IMG/VR virus record: IMGVR_UViG_3300033073_001149
Coordinates: 7,247 to 71,246 of that record
DNA from: a virus
Lineage: Duplodnaviria; Caudoviricetes
Strand: one strand, 5' to 3'
Length of the DNA: 64,000 nucleotides
Shown here: piece after piece, positions 1 to 10,829 of the stretch
How the letters are laid out: every line of letters begins with the position of its first letter
How positions within the stretch are numbered: the first letter of the stretch is position 1
Made by a program: the position numbers and the translations under genes
Notes under the pieces: generated by a model
Told to the model about the DNA's origin: nothing
The model's input: the letters and a program-made list of their open reading frames with translations, nothing else
The model's database searches: none

Positions 1-798
1 GTCTAACTTTTTATTAGCCTCATACACCGCTTGGAAAGGTAAAGGCAACGCTTGTTCGGCTGCCGTATCTCTGATTATATTAGTCAGTTGTTTACGTGAA
101 ACACCGTTATCTTTAGCAAACTTATCAAGGTTTGTAACCCGTTCAACGAGTGCTTTTTCTTCGGGTTTCTCAAAACGAATAGAGCCGCCAACATCAACAG
201 CTTCGCCTGATTTAAGTTTCTTCTCAACCCCGCCAATAATATCCATTCCTGTTGCGTCGGGGGCAACATCAGCATAGCCTTTTAGTTTGTTTTGACCTTG
301 TACTACTGCGGGTTGCTCAACTGTATTAACAGCCGTTAAATTATCAAGTGGGGCGTTTATGTCAACTACCTCTTGTGTAGGTTGCCCTACCCCTAATATA
401 TTCTTAGCAATATAATCTTTAATATGTTGAGGTACGGTTACAGGCTTGCCACCCTTAAATACCTCTTGGGTCTTAGGGTTAACTTTGTAATCTTCGCCAC
501 CAAATTTAACCGATAGTAAGCCCGAAGAACCACTGCCCGCAGGCAATGCCCCAACGTTTTTTTTTTCGGCAGGATTAGTGCCGCCTATAAGGGTAGATTG
601 AAACTTTGAAAAATTATCAGGCACTTCTATTGTGCCTTTAATATCATTGTAAAACTTTTGCAAGTTATCCCCTTTAAGCAACGTGCTTTCAAACTTTTCA
701 TAGCTATCAGGAACTTCTACGTGGTCTTTAATATCCAAGTAAAACTGCTTTAAAGCAGGGGTTGGCTTTCCGCCGTCTAATATTTGTTCTTCTGCCAT
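1..798 (-). CDS. N-terminal part of a large virion (ejection/polyvalent-type) protein, runs off the window
   Basis: Not in the ORF track. My translation from ATG at 798 (TAATG overlap with the upstream stop) is open for all 266 codons to base 1: MAEEQILDGGKPTPALKQFYLDIKDHVEVPD... It follows ejection-type genes. Confidence 0.75.
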   Translation of the reverse strand, partial: MAEEQILDGGKPTPALKQFYLDIKDHVEVPDSYEKFESTLLKGDNLQKFYNDIKGTIEVPDNFSKFQSTLIGGTNPAEKKNVGALPAGSGSSGLLSVKFGGEDYKVNPKTQEVFKGGKPVTVPQHIKDYIAKNILGVGQPTQEVVDINAPLDNLTAVNTVEQPAVVQGQNKLKGYADVAPDATGMDIIGGVEKKLKSGEAVDVGGSIRFEKPEEKALVERVTNLDKFAKDNGVSRKQLTNIIRDTAAEQALPLPFQAVYEANKKLD

Positions 799-2240
799 TA
801 GTTACCAAATACACTTGTTTTTACTTTTGTCCCCCCGCTTGTTGTTTTTACACTTGGTTGCGAGGTTTTAGGTGTTCCAAATAAATTAGGGTATTCTTGC
901 TGATACCTTAATTTGGTATTCATTTTACTTTGGTTCGCTTTGTATTTATCGTAGCCCTTAATACCCCATTTTTGATTAGTGCCAATAATATTTTCAGCCT
1001 CATTCAAATCAAAAGTAACTTGGTCTGCGTCGTCTATTAAAGCAGTAGCCATTTTCTTGAAAGTAACAGCGTCTTTGTATTTTGCTGCGTCATTATTCAT
1101 TACGCTAAAATACTCTTTAGGTATTGGCTGCCCTGCTCTGAAAGTCCTACCGCCTATATTTATATCTTTGCTTGCAACAGGCATATCTAATACCGAACCG
1201 ATAGACATATTAACTATACCTTGTCTTGTGTATGGTGTACCGTCAAGCGTATAGGTTTTAGACGGAACAGCCCTGCTTGCTTCAACGGGTGTAAATGAAT
1301 ACCCGTCAGCGTCAAAAGAAAGTGTTGTTTTAGTATTGCCGTTTTGGGTATCGGTCAAATTCATATCAAAGGTTTGCGGGGCTACATCGCTAACGCCTGT
1401 TCCTTCATTGCCACCTAAGTTTACGTTTACATTAGTACTCCCACCCGTTGTGTAGCCTTTTGCTTGTAGGTCTTTTTTAAGTGTGTTAAAACCATATTGG
1501 TACGGGTCGTTACCTGCTGCCTTTGCCCCTACGGGGTCAGTTTTCATAACCTTTTCAAAGTGTACAATAGCTTCGGGGTGTCCTATTAGTTCGTTCTCTA
1601 CAAAGGTATTTATTATCTTGTCGGAAGCCTCCCAAGATTCACCTTGCATATTGTCTTTAGCCCACCCGCTTATTTGGTCTTGCAAATCTTTCTTTGCTGC
1701 GCCTGTATCGTAAATAGGTACGGTCTTAACGTTATTTAAAAGGGTTGCCTTGTTGCCAATAGCTTGTCCAAACTTATTTGTATCTTGAAATGTGGCGTAG
1801 TCAATAGGGTTTACCACGTCTTTAACAGCCTCGTCAAAACCTAAAAAATAATTCTTGCCTTGTCCTTGTTGAACAAAGTCGGACTGCTTTTGTAGGTTTG
1901 CTTTTAGGTCGGCAGACATATTGGCTTTTGTATTTAAGTCAGCCATTTTCTGCTTTAACTTAAACTCTATTAATGGGTCGTCAATATTTTCTACGGCAAA
2001 ATTAACCACATCGTTATACCCTTTGGCAAATAACTCTGCGTGTTGTGGTAAGCCTTTAAACTGAAAATCTGCTATACTTGCTGCTGCTTTCGCTTTCTTT
2101 GCAGCCGCCTCTTGTTGAGCCTTTTGTTGTGCAGCCATTACCGACCCGTATTGCTGCGGGGTAACGGGGCTTTGAAAGGGCTTTATTATCTGCGCCTCTC
2201 CTTGCCCTATGCCTGTTGATATGCCTAATGCTCCTTCCAT
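798..2240 (-). CDS. Putative internal virion/ejection protein (480 aa)
   Basis: Ala/Gln/Lys-rich helical N-terminus; lies downstream of the tail muzzle gene, as podovirus cargo genes do. Confidence 0.5.
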   Translation of the reverse strand: MEGALGISTGIGQGEAQIIKPFQSPVTPQQYGSVMAAQQKAQQEAAAKKAKAAASIADFQFKGLPQHAELFAKGYNDVVNFAVENIDDPLIEFKLKQKMADLNTKANMSADLKANLQKQSDFVQQGQGKNYFLGFDEAVKDVVNPIDYATFQDTNKFGQAIGNKATLLNNVKTVPIYDTGAAKKDLQDQISGWAKDNMQGESWEASDKIINTFVENELIGHPEAIVHFEKVMKTDPVGAKAAGNDPYQYGFNTLKKDLQAKGYTTGGSTNVNVNLGGNEGTGVSDVAPQTFDMNLTDTQNGNTKTTLSFDADGYSFTPVEASRAVPSKTYTLDGTPYTRQGIVNMSIGSVLDMPVASKDINIGGRTFRAGQPIPKEYFSVMNNDAAKYKDAVTFKKMATALIDDADQVTFDLNEAENIIGTNQKWGIKGYDKYKANQSKMNTKLRYQQEYPNLFGTPKTSQPSVKTTSGGTKVKTSVFGN

Positions 2241-3010
2241 TATTGGAAATTATAGTATGGCTCTGTTTGCATCATATTACCTTGTGGCATTACGGGTTGC
2301 ATAAACAGAGAATTGTAGTCATATTGATTTGTTGGAATTAACGCTTGGCTTGGCTTGGTAAACTGTAAGGGATTAACGTAGTTTTGTTGTCCTTGCATAG
2401 CCATATTATTTTCTTGACCGCCAATTAATTTAGCCATTGGATTGCCTGTGTTTCCACCATACGCACCTTTTAAAAAGTCCATATACTTGCTTTGCATCAT
2501 ACCGCCCATAACGTTGTTTGCACTACCATTTATGTTTTGTATAGCACTCCCCGCTAATGCTTGTTTGGCTGCGGCTTGCTCTAAATATTTCTGCTGCTCA
2601 TTCCACCCCCAAGCCTTGTCCTTATAGTTGGCCATATTTTGCCTTTGCTGCATAAGAATTTGCTCTTGCTGTTGGCGTTGCTGTGCGTCCATACTTGCAA
2701 TATCCCTGTTAGCGTCGGTTGCGGTACGCGCCAAAGAAGCCACACCCGCTATGCCTGCTCTCCTATCTCCTAAAGCCTGTAAGCCTGTTGCCATAGTCCT
2801 TGTTAGTTGGTCTATGTAGCGGTTGCGTACATCTTCGGGCATACCCTCAATAGCGTTTAACTGCGCTTGTGTTAGGTTTTGCTTAACCTCGTCGGGTATC
2901 TCATAGGTAGGGCGATTTGCCTCAATCTGCGAACTGCGGACTGCTTGGTAAATACCTGTTCCTAACTGTATTCCACCGCTTATTAAGGCTGATATGGTAA
3001 ATGGGTCCAT
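2240..3010 (-). CDS. Putative ejection/DNA-pilot protein (256 aa)
   Basis: Hydrophobic Gly/Ala N-terminus (MDPFTISALISGGIQLGTGIYQA) followed by a Gln-rich coil, typical of podovirus ejection proteins. Confidence 0.55.
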   Translation of the reverse strand: MDPFTISALISGGIQLGTGIYQAVRSSQIEANRPTYEIPDEVKQNLTQAQLNAIEGMPEDVRNRYIDQLTRTMATGLQALGDRRAGIAGVASLARTATDANRDIASMDAQQRQQQEQILMQQRQNMANYKDKAWGWNEQQKYLEQAAAKQALAGSAIQNINGSANNVMGGMMQSKYMDFLKGAYGGNTGNPMAKLIGGQENNMAMQGQQNYVNPLQFTKPSQALIPTNQYDYNSLFMQPVMPQGNMMQTEPYYNFQ

Positions 3011-3023
3011 GCTACAAATATAG

Positions 3024-6000
3024 TTAAATTCCGTTTATAGGAGAGTTTACAAAATTAAAATTAACAGCGTATAGTCGAGAAAGGGTGTTTGTTCCCATTT
3101 CTATATTGGCGGTTAGCCACCTGCCACGTAGCCTATTGCCATTTAGTAAAGGGAATTGAACACCAACGGTTCCTAAATCTCGCTTAAAGTTAGTATAATA
3201 TTTGCCCTCATACAACCTAAACATAGTAGGCGTTAGCAAACTTGTCTGTTGCAGAGAACTTGTTATAGTTGGTACGTTAGGGGCTTGTGTTCCCTCTACG
3301 GTAAACGTTTCATAAACCTTAGTTTCGCTTGGTGCTGCGTTTGACACCGCTACAAGGCTTGCTACATATTGAGTACCATAGTAGTTACAATACTGCCCTG
3401 TGTTATGCACCCATACACGCCCGTTTTTAAACGATACCATATCGTCATTACCGTTGCACATATTTTCGGGGTGGTACGAATAGTAAGAACTCCAATAGTT
3501 TTCGGGTTCAAAGTAAGCCAAAGTAACAGCCTGTAAATTATTGCCCCCACTAAGCCTTGTTTGTTCAAAGGCTATTTCATACTGCCCGAAGCGTTTGTTA
3601 AACACCCCATAAATATTCACCCTTTTGCCCGACTTAGAAATCTGCCCCAATAGGTCTTTAAAGTAATTGTGCATACCGTTGTCCGATATAACATTCATAC
3701 CGTCTTGCCCTAAGCGCATTACCTCGCCTCTTAACACATCAACATAGTACATATTGCCTCTGTCCTCTGCGTAGCTTTCGGGGTTTTTACCTATGCCGCT
3801 TTCTTTGTCGTAGTAGGTCATAGGGTTAAGAACATCATCGGTCTGCAACACGAATGTTCCACCGTTGCTGTCCCTCGCCACTTGCTGATTAATCATCAGC
3901 ATACCTACTTTTAGTTCTTGGAATACGGTAAGGTTTCGGTTTTTGTTTTTAAGCAACTGAATACCCCTGTATTTCCTTTCATACTGCCTAAAAGAACTAT
4001 CGTAAACCCTTGACAAACCGTTAAGGTTGGTTTCGGGAACAAATGGCTCTGAATAGCCTATGTTAGCCTCTCTTACTACCCTTTTAAAGTCGGGGTTGAA
4101 TATACTTGCCCTGCCTTTGTCCCATACAATGCTTGAATAAAAGTCAGAGAAATTCCTATCCTCTACCCAATAGTTTTGGAACGTATTGGCATTGGTTGTA
4201 GCCATTCTGCGAGGTCTAATCCATACATCGCCCCTGTCAAATATTCCCGTAGCGGGTAAGGTTGGCGTTTGGTCTTGTGTTTCGCCTTTATGGTATCGGG
4301 TATTAAGCCCTGCGTCGCCTATCTCATATACCTTACCAAACTCATAGAAAAACGATTGCCCGTCTGTTAGCGTTGGTTGTGGGGTGTATATCCGTACCAA
4401 AGCACCTGCTGTTATAACTAAAGAGTTAAAATCTACTTGGTCAACACTTAATATACTTGTTCCCTCATCAAAGGCATTAACAGCTACGTCTATGTAGTTA
4501 GGAAAAGGCACACCTGTCGGAGTAGTTAAAAACTGACACCTATCGCCTGCTGTAAAATTGTAACTTAGTATGCTACTTGGGTTTGCGGTACTATAATCTA
4601 TTATGGGTTCTAAACTTAACTCTGTTTGTGTCCCCGAATTAGATACGCTACGTATAGAAAAATCTATAAATGACGGGGCTGAATACTTAACAACCCATTG
4701 GTAGTGTGTTGCGTATATCGGGGGTGTATGGTTAATACCCCACCCTATAAAATTGCGTTTTAAGTACAAGCCTGTGCTACCTTGAACAGAGGGTACTTCT
4801 ATTTCAAAGTTGTTATCTGTTATTACCGATGTAGCCCTATTGCCCCTATCGTAATAGCGTAAGCCAAATGTTTTTGTAAAGCCCGAAAGCCAATTGCTGT
4901 AACCACTATCAAAAGAATATACATTAAATGTTAATGGGGGTATAGGATTAAACTGAGCAGCTAACCCAAAGACAAAAAATTGATTTGGTAGCAGCGAGTT
5001 AAATACAGGCGGGGGGGTAGTTAAATAATAACCAACTGTTTCAACAGTATGATATAGCCCGCTTGGAAAAACGCTTTGCAGAAATGCAACTAAATTTGTC
5101 CTAAATGTGTTTATATTGTCTATATCCGCCTGCGTAACTACGTATGCTACGTTACTATCAGAAGTGAGCTGCATTACACTACCTGCGGGATAGGGATATG
5201 GATTAGGGATTGAAACAAGTTGTGAAAATTGAAAAGGCTCACTTGGTGGCGGGGGCTGTGATACCCATACAGCTTCTACCGAGGTAAAACTTCCTAATAG
5301 TGTAGCGGGGTCGCTTAACCTCTGCTCTATATTAGTCAGAAATATATCGGGCGTAGGGAGGTCAAACTGTTCCGCATAATTTCCCCATACCATTCTATTG
5401 CTATAAATATACTCCATAGCTTTATTATAGATAGGTACATTGTCGAACTCTAAGTCCTGCTCTCTTAAAGGTATTGGCAGTAAAGCCCTATTATTATAAA
5501 AGCGATAGGTATAGGTAGAGTTGCTTGGTATTAAAATGTTACCATTTTCGTCGTACTTGTTTAGGGTGTCAACTAAATAAAAGTCCCCCTCTGTATCTGC
5601 TCCGCCATTGTTACTACGCCTTACCGCTACATACAAAACATCTACAACTTCACTTCCTGTATCAAAAGTAATATCAATAGCATTATTAAATGTAGTAGGT
5701 AGATAGGTGGTGTTATCAATTACCGCTTCGTTTATCGGGTTTACAACTTTGCTTATTGGCGACCACGCTGTTTTTTCAAAATCATCATAACGCCAAGCTG
5801 TCCTAAACTGAAATAGGTTACCCTTGATATTGTTCTTATTGGTAGTGGTGTCATTTATCATAGCCACACTTGGGCTGAATACAGGAGGCCACTTGATATA
5901 GTCCATTATCTGCACATCAATAGTCTGATACGCTTCTAAAGGGTTGGGGTTGCCTAACATATACTGTTTTGCCTTGTTGATATTTAGCTTACGCATAGGG

Positions 6001-6467
6001 TTCTCTAATACAGTAGAACCACACATCGGGTCGGGCAATCCATTTGGCGCACCACCGTCAGTCCAATATAACAAAGGCTCGTTGCTCTCTAAATAAACTA
6101 TGGCAATACCTGTAATCAAAAAGTCGGGGTCAAAGTTTAAAACCGAACTTTCTAATACGGTAGAAATAGAATTTGTTGATATATCGTATTCTATTATCCT
6201 GTGCGCCGTAAGGGAGTTAAACAGAAAGCCATATATCTTATTAGCTGTTACGTCTAAACGTGAGCCTATGCACTTATAAACGCCTGTATTGTACGGAATA
6301 TCAATAGCTGTTACCTCGGTGTTGCCTAAAGCGTTTTCCACCGTACCCATATTGTCGTTATCGCTATAACCTACCCTTACGTTTAAGGATGTACGGTACT
6401 GCCCCTGCGGTACAAACTCCACCGCAAGGTCTGTATTCATTCCCTTGTTAAATATGCGCTTCTCCAT
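3024..6467 (-). CDS. Tail muzzle/stabilization protein (P22 gp10, T7 gp12, crAss muzzle-like), 1147 aa
   Basis: N-terminal FNKGMNTD...ALNVRV motif, beta-rich, C-terminal NGNRLRGRWL motif; located after the portal. Confidence 0.7.
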   Translation of the reverse strand: MEKRIFNKGMNTDLAVEFVPQGQYRTSLNVRVGYSDNDNMGTVENALGNTEVTAIDIPYNTGVYKCIGSRLDVTANKIYGFLFNSLTAHRIIEYDISTNSISTVLESSVLNFDPDFLITGIAIVYLESNEPLLYWTDGGAPNGLPDPMCGSTVLENPMRKLNINKAKQYMLGNPNPLEAYQTIDVQIMDYIKWPPVFSPSVAMINDTTTNKNNIKGNLFQFRTAWRYDDFEKTAWSPISKVVNPINEAVIDNTTYLPTTFNNAIDITFDTGSEVVDVLYVAVRRSNNGGADTEGDFYLVDTLNKYDENGNILIPSNSTYTYRFYNNRALLPIPLREQDLEFDNVPIYNKAMEYIYSNRMVWGNYAEQFDLPTPDIFLTNIEQRLSDPATLLGSFTSVEAVWVSQPPPPSEPFQFSQLVSIPNPYPYPAGSVMQLTSDSNVAYVVTQADIDNINTFRTNLVAFLQSVFPSGLYHTVETVGYYLTTPPPVFNSLLPNQFFVFGLAAQFNPIPPLTFNVYSFDSGYSNWLSGFTKTFGLRYYDRGNRATSVITDNNFEIEVPSVQGSTGLYLKRNFIGWGINHTPPIYATHYQWVVKYSAPSFIDFSIRSVSNSGTQTELSLEPIIDYSTANPSSILSYNFTAGDRCQFLTTPTGVPFPNYIDVAVNAFDEGTSILSVDQVDFNSLVITAGALVRIYTPQPTLTDGQSFFYEFGKVYEIGDAGLNTRYHKGETQDQTPTLPATGIFDRGDVWIRPRRMATTNANTFQNYWVEDRNFSDFYSSIVWDKGRASIFNPDFKRVVREANIGYSEPFVPETNLNGLSRVYDSSFRQYERKYRGIQLLKNKNRNLTVFQELKVGMLMINQQVARDSNGGTFVLQTDDVLNPMTYYDKESGIGKNPESYAEDRGNMYYVDVLRGEVMRLGQDGMNVISDNGMHNYFKDLLGQISKSGKRVNIYGVFNKRFGQYEIAFEQTRLSGGNNLQAVTLAYFEPENYWSSYYSYHPENMCNGNDDMVSFKNGRVWVHNTGQYCNYYGTQYVASLVAVSNAAPSETKVYETFTVEGTQAPNVPTITSSLQQTSLLTPTMFRLYEGKYYTNFKRDLGTVGVQFPLLNGNRLRGRWLTANIEMGTNTLSRLYAVNFNFVNSPINGI

Positions 6468-8725
6468 TATTTTACTAAGTCGCTTTGCTGCATAGATTTA
6501 CTCCCCGCCACGTCCATAGCTGTTTTGTATTTAGCTGCCGCCTGCGCTTCTATCTTCTGCATTTCAAGCTGATGAATATACTCCTCGTACTTTTTGTCTA
6601 TCTCTTTTTTGGCTGCGTAGGTCTGTATCTCCAACTGCGCCTCTACCTGTAAAGTTTGTTGCTTGCTTTGCTCTGCCGACTGTGCGCTCATTCGCTGCTC
6701 GTCGCCTGTCTGCTGAACTACCGCCATTTTTTCCTGTTGTAGCTTTGTCCTTTGCTTACGCATATACATATACGCTAACTTCAAGTTGTCGGTGTCCCTT
6801 ATCCAAAAAGCATCTTCGGGGCGTAACTCTCCCCTGTCAATCATTGCTTGCAATTGGGCTTCTAAATAAGCCCTCTCTTTCATATCTAACTCGTACTCTA
6901 CAAATATGTTGAAATCCCTTAGCGGCAATTCGTCCATATCTTTTACCACGCTCTGATTTTCAGTGCTGAACGCTAAAGAGTATTTCTCTAAAGTCCCCTC
7001 TTTTTGTAGGTACTGTATGTAGCGGCTTATTTGAGTACACATTCTTACTGTGATACTTTCCACACCGTAACTGATAGGGCCAAGTGCATTGTCGGAAGCC
7101 ATTTGAGCCATTTCCTGTACGCCAACAGCCGCCCTGTCGGGTGCAGATGAACCCATACCTACCGCTTGTCCACCTATGCTTCTCTCTAATTCATTCCTTG
7201 CCCATTCGTACTGTTGCATAAGGCTGTTTAGCTGCGCCAAATCAATACCTTGTGTGTATGTTAGTGGGCTTGGACTTGGCGAGCCGTCGTCTTTCTGTCC
7301 TTTGTAGAATAAAATACCTGTTTGTAAGAACATAGACATTGCGTCTAATGGATTTTTAATATCCTTTACAAACTCTTTTATTTCAAGTAAAGCGTTGACA
7401 TTCACAGCGTAACCGCCCGGACTTGCCTTAGCTATAAGGTGCTGCATACGCAATTCCACCAAGTTCATTTTCTTGGCGTAGGTTATCATACGCATTACAG
7501 GGCTTACATTAAAATTGTCGTAGTTGTTCGGTTGGAACACACAATATCCTAACTTGCCTGTAAGGTCATACTTGCCGTTAAACCTATCCCTCATTTGGAA
7601 TGGTTTTTTACCGTAGTTGTAGATTATTTGTAAGTCGGGAATATAACAACCTGTGTAAACGTACTCTACCTCTTTATCTATACGATAATGTTTGTCGGTT
7701 TGAACAACATCGCCCTTAGCCCTGTAAACACTCTTACGCCCGAAATGATTTGTCTTACTCTCATAAGAAAGGTTTGCTGCCGCCCTAAACTCACCCATTA
7801 AAACGGGTACGTCTAAGTTGTCCCACTCTTGGTAGTTAGTAATTGAGGTTTGGTAGTAAGCCCCGTTGCCGAGATTATACCCCCAAATGCCTGTATCGTT
7901 ATAGCTTAATGCTACTTGTGCTATCTGTTTGTATTGGTCTTCTGTAATTTCATTACCCGCAGCCCTTCGTATATCGCCAAGTGTCAACCACTCTATATGA
8001 CAGATATACTTAGCGTTCATAAAGTCGTTAGACTTAGTTTGAGGCAAGATAGCGTTTATAGCGTCTACATACTTAACGGTAATGGTGTCCCCGTCTGTTG
8101 AAACGTGCGTAACCGCTTTACCAATAGTCCAAAGGTCGTCGTATAGCTTCCTGCGTATATCTTGAAACCTGTTTAGCTTTAGGAAATAGTCAATACCTAA
8201 TTCCATAGCTGTTTCTACGGATAGCTTAAATTCACCCTCCATAAATACGTCTACATCTTCTTTGGTATCAAAATCTTCCTCTAAAGAGTTTTGTAGTTTA
8301 AGATTATATTCTTCCTCAAACTGTTTTCTGTATGGCTTTAGTAAGGCTTTGGCGTAAAGTTTTTTTCTTGTACGGTCTTTCTCTGTTATAGAAAGGCTAT
8401 CAGCCCCGTCGCATTTTACCTTATACTGTTTTTGGTGTAGGTACTCAATAACCCTATCAGATTTTTCAAGAATAACCCTATTAGGCTCCCAATCAAGGTT
8501 AAGCCAAGAGGTATCTCCCGCAGTCCCCATAAGGTCTTTCATATCTTGAATAGACTGCCCACCACTACGCCACCTGCGTAGGTCAAGCATACGGTTTCTG
8601 CGTTCAGAGTACACTTTCCACCCACCAAACTGCGACCACACAGCGTCAAAAAACTTCTTACCGTATTCGGGCTGTTGTTTTTCTTCGTCGCTTACAAACT
8701 CATTCGGGTATTTAAAAAATGGCAT
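6467..8725 (-). CDS. Portal protein (752 aa)
   Basis: Size, N-terminal R-x-WRSGGQS...LNLDW-P pattern and Gln/Glu-rich coiled C-terminus, as in portals of Bacteroidota phages. Confidence 0.8.
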   Translation of the reverse strand: MPFFKYPNEFVSDEEKQQPEYGKKFFDAVWSQFGGWKVYSERRNRMLDLRRWRSGGQSIQDMKDLMGTAGDTSWLNLDWEPNRVILEKSDRVIEYLHQKQYKVKCDGADSLSITEKDRTRKKLYAKALLKPYRKQFEEEYNLKLQNSLEEDFDTKEDVDVFMEGEFKLSVETAMELGIDYFLKLNRFQDIRRKLYDDLWTIGKAVTHVSTDGDTITVKYVDAINAILPQTKSNDFMNAKYICHIEWLTLGDIRRAAGNEITEDQYKQIAQVALSYNDTGIWGYNLGNGAYYQTSITNYQEWDNLDVPVLMGEFRAAANLSYESKTNHFGRKSVYRAKGDVVQTDKHYRIDKEVEYVYTGCYIPDLQIIYNYGKKPFQMRDRFNGKYDLTGKLGYCVFQPNNYDNFNVSPVMRMITYAKKMNLVELRMQHLIAKASPGGYAVNVNALLEIKEFVKDIKNPLDAMSMFLQTGILFYKGQKDDGSPSPSPLTYTQGIDLAQLNSLMQQYEWARNELERSIGGQAVGMGSSAPDRAAVGVQEMAQMASDNALGPISYGVESITVRMCTQISRYIQYLQKEGTLEKYSLAFSTENQSVVKDMDELPLRDFNIFVEYELDMKERAYLEAQLQAMIDRGELRPEDAFWIRDTDNLKLAYMYMRKQRTKLQQEKMAVVQQTGDEQRMSAQSAEQSKQQTLQVEAQLEIQTYAAKKEIDKKYEEYIHQLEMQKIEAQAAAKYKTAMDVAGSKSMQQSDLVK

Positions 8726-8728
8726 ACT

Positions 8729-9508
8729 CTATATTTTAGGGGATAACTTAGTTGACTTACGGATAGCTTGGTACGCTTCTTCCATAGTAAATCGGCTACT
8801 CCGCATTTTAGCTAAATCTCTTTGGTTATAATACTCTTGTCGTCTGTTCCTTTTCTCGTTTATTCCAAACGTTTGCGATTGGTTGTTTTGTACGTGCCTC
8901 CAAGCTATGTAGGCTAATATAGCCTCGTAGTTGTAATCGTGTACCTCAATCCTGCCCTGCTCGTCAAAATTAACATCAACCAAATACTCAAAGTAAACGG
9001 TTTCTATATCCCAAGCAGAGGCAAACTGTATAACACCCCTTTCGGTGTCTATCCTATAATACCCAAAGGCGTTATTACCACCTCCGATACCAAAGAAGCC
9101 ACCCATACTTTGTCCGTTGATAGTATGCGGGGTAAACATATTAAATCCACCCCACGATATGCCACTCAAAGGCTCTACTATATTGTTAGGCCAATTCTGA
9201 TAGGCTTGTATGTTACCACAGCTATCGTAGTTTCTGTTAAATGCTAAGTCGTTGTTTACCCCAAAAGGAACAACACGCCCCTCGTAAACAGTACCTATTC
9301 GCAAGTAGTCTACATAGTCATTAGGCAGTAATGCTGTTAGTGTGTTTTGGTTTACAGGCAGATTGATTGTTTTCATTTTAAACAACACATCTCTGTTTAG
9401 TTCCCGAACACCACGTACACCAAAGTTGTAGTACCTTACATAATTCTGCAAGGAACTATCACCCGTTTCAAGGCAATACTGTTTTACTATGTCGTCTAAA
9501 AAGTACAT
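8729..9508 (-). CDS. Tail ring/adaptor protein (259 aa)
   Basis: LPNDYVDYLRIG motif; one of three consecutive ring-type genes next to the portal. Confidence 0.6.
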   Translation of the reverse strand: MYFLDDIVKQYCLETGDSSLQNYVRYYNFGVRGVRELNRDVLFKMKTINLPVNQNTLTALLPNDYVDYLRIGTVYEGRVVPFGVNNDLAFNRNYDSCGNIQAYQNWPNNIVEPLSGISWGGFNMFTPHTINGQSMGGFFGIGGGNNAFGYYRIDTERGVIQFASAWDIETVYFEYLVDVNFDEQGRIEVHDYNYEAILAYIAWRHVQNNQSQTFGINEKRNRRQEYYNQRDLAKMRSSRFTMEEAYQAIRKSTKLSPKI

Positions 9509-10132
9509 CTATTTGTCTACTCTATCGTTAGATTTATCGTCTTTTATCTGTAAGCCAAAGGTTAGTTTTTTAATGCTCTCCTTTACTATCATATCCTCTA
9601 AGTCGGCTTGGCAGTAGGATATTCCATCGGGGGTATCTCCACCCGTTGTTACCATCATAACCATAATACCACAACCAAATCCACCTACGGGTACATTATG
9701 TAGCCATAGCTTGTTGCCTTGTAATCTCCAACCTATATTGCCACCTAACATATTGCCTTTTAGCGCAAATGTCATTGCAGAGCCACCAATAGGCACAAAA
9801 GGGTCTAATTGGTTTTTCATCGTGCTTAATTGCACAATATCTCTGTTGTTAGGCAGCCCTAAATTCCTTGCAGGGAGTTCGCTATACCAAAGGTTTAAAT
9901 GGTTGTCCCACAAAACGGGAACTTCCTCAAACCTTGCGACCATAGTATCGTCAATATTCCTTTCGGGATATGTAAAATACTCTTTTAGCAACTCTTGGCT
10001 TACAAGAACATCACGTATTTGGTCTACGTGCATACCTACCTCACGTTCATCACCCCAACGGAAAGTCCATTGAGGGTCGCCACCCGCAAGCTGTCGTATA
10101 ACCAATTCTATTATCTGCTCCCTTGTGGTCAT
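9509..10132 (-). CDS. Putative tail ring/adaptor protein (207 aa)
   Basis: Position, size, and alpha-beta-alpha layout similar to its neighbours. Confidence 0.5.
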   Translation of the reverse strand: MTTREQIIELVIRQLAGGDPQWTFRWGDEREVGMHVDQIRDVLVSQELLKEYFTYPERNIDDTMVARFEEVPVLWDNHLNLWYSELPARNLGLPNNRDIVQLSTMKNQLDPFVPIGGSAMTFALKGNMLGGNIGWRLQGNKLWLHNVPVGGFGCGIMVMMVTTGGDTPDGISYCQADLEDMIVKESIKKLTFGLQIKDDKSNDRVDK

Positions 10133-10827
10133 TATAAGTCAGTAGCTTGTTTTTGTTCTGCATAGCTTAAAACCATTTGGTCTTTAACGCTAATGCCTAA
10201 TATGCTTGCCATTTTAAGGGCTATATCTTGTATGCACTCATCGGGAAACTCGCTGTCAACACTTGTTAAAGGGTCGTAAACAGGCTCACCGTTCACTAAA
10301 GTATAGTTCCACACCGCAGGTATAGGTAAACGCAAATAAGTAAATACTACGTTGCCTAAATCTTTTGGGTATATTTGGTAGTACCCGTCGTACTCTATCA
10401 TTATAGGGTATGACTTTGTTGGGGGTACTATTGAACTGTTTAACCTTGCGCTTGCCTGTCCGTCTGTTAAAGGATATACAGGCACTTGTTTTACCGTTCC
10501 GTCTGTTTGGAAAGCCCTATGCCTAACCGAACTTAAATACTGCAAATTAGCGGGGCGCAATAGCTGTCCGTTCAAGGGAACAAAAAGGTCTAACGGCCCT
10601 ACTTTAAAGTTGTCAATAATAACGCTATTGCCCTCTGTGGCTTCGTAAAACATATTGTTAGGGTAGTTGCTGCCCTGCGACTGCTTTGCTAACCCTACCA
10701 TACTTTTCCATAACATTATCTCGCTTTGCTTTAGGGCTGTGTTTTTCTCGTCGGGAGAAAGTCCACCCGTATAGTCCTTTTGACAAAGCAAGTCAAAGTA
10801 TTTAATTATGTCGTTTACGTTTGCCAT
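10132..10827 (-). CDS. Tail ring/adaptor protein (231 aa)
   Basis: YLRLPIPAVWNY...Y motif and EFPDEC..DIA C-terminal helix, typical of crAss-like ring proteins. Confidence 0.6.
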   Translation of the reverse strand: MANVNDIIKYFDLLCQKDYTGGLSPDEKNTALKQSEIMLWKSMVGLAKQSQGSNYPNNMFYEATEGNSVIIDNFKVGPLDLFVPLNGQLLRPANLQYLSSVRHRAFQTDGTVKQVPVYPLTDGQASARLNSSIVPPTKSYPIMIEYDGYYQIYPKDLGNVVFTYLRLPIPAVWNYTLVNGEPVYDPLTSVDSEFPDECIQDIALKMASILGISVKDQMVLSYAEQKQATDL

Positions 10828-10829
10828 AA

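Noticed and set aside
84-275. 63-aa ORF in the track
   Set aside because: Alternative frame inside the real 798>1 open frame.
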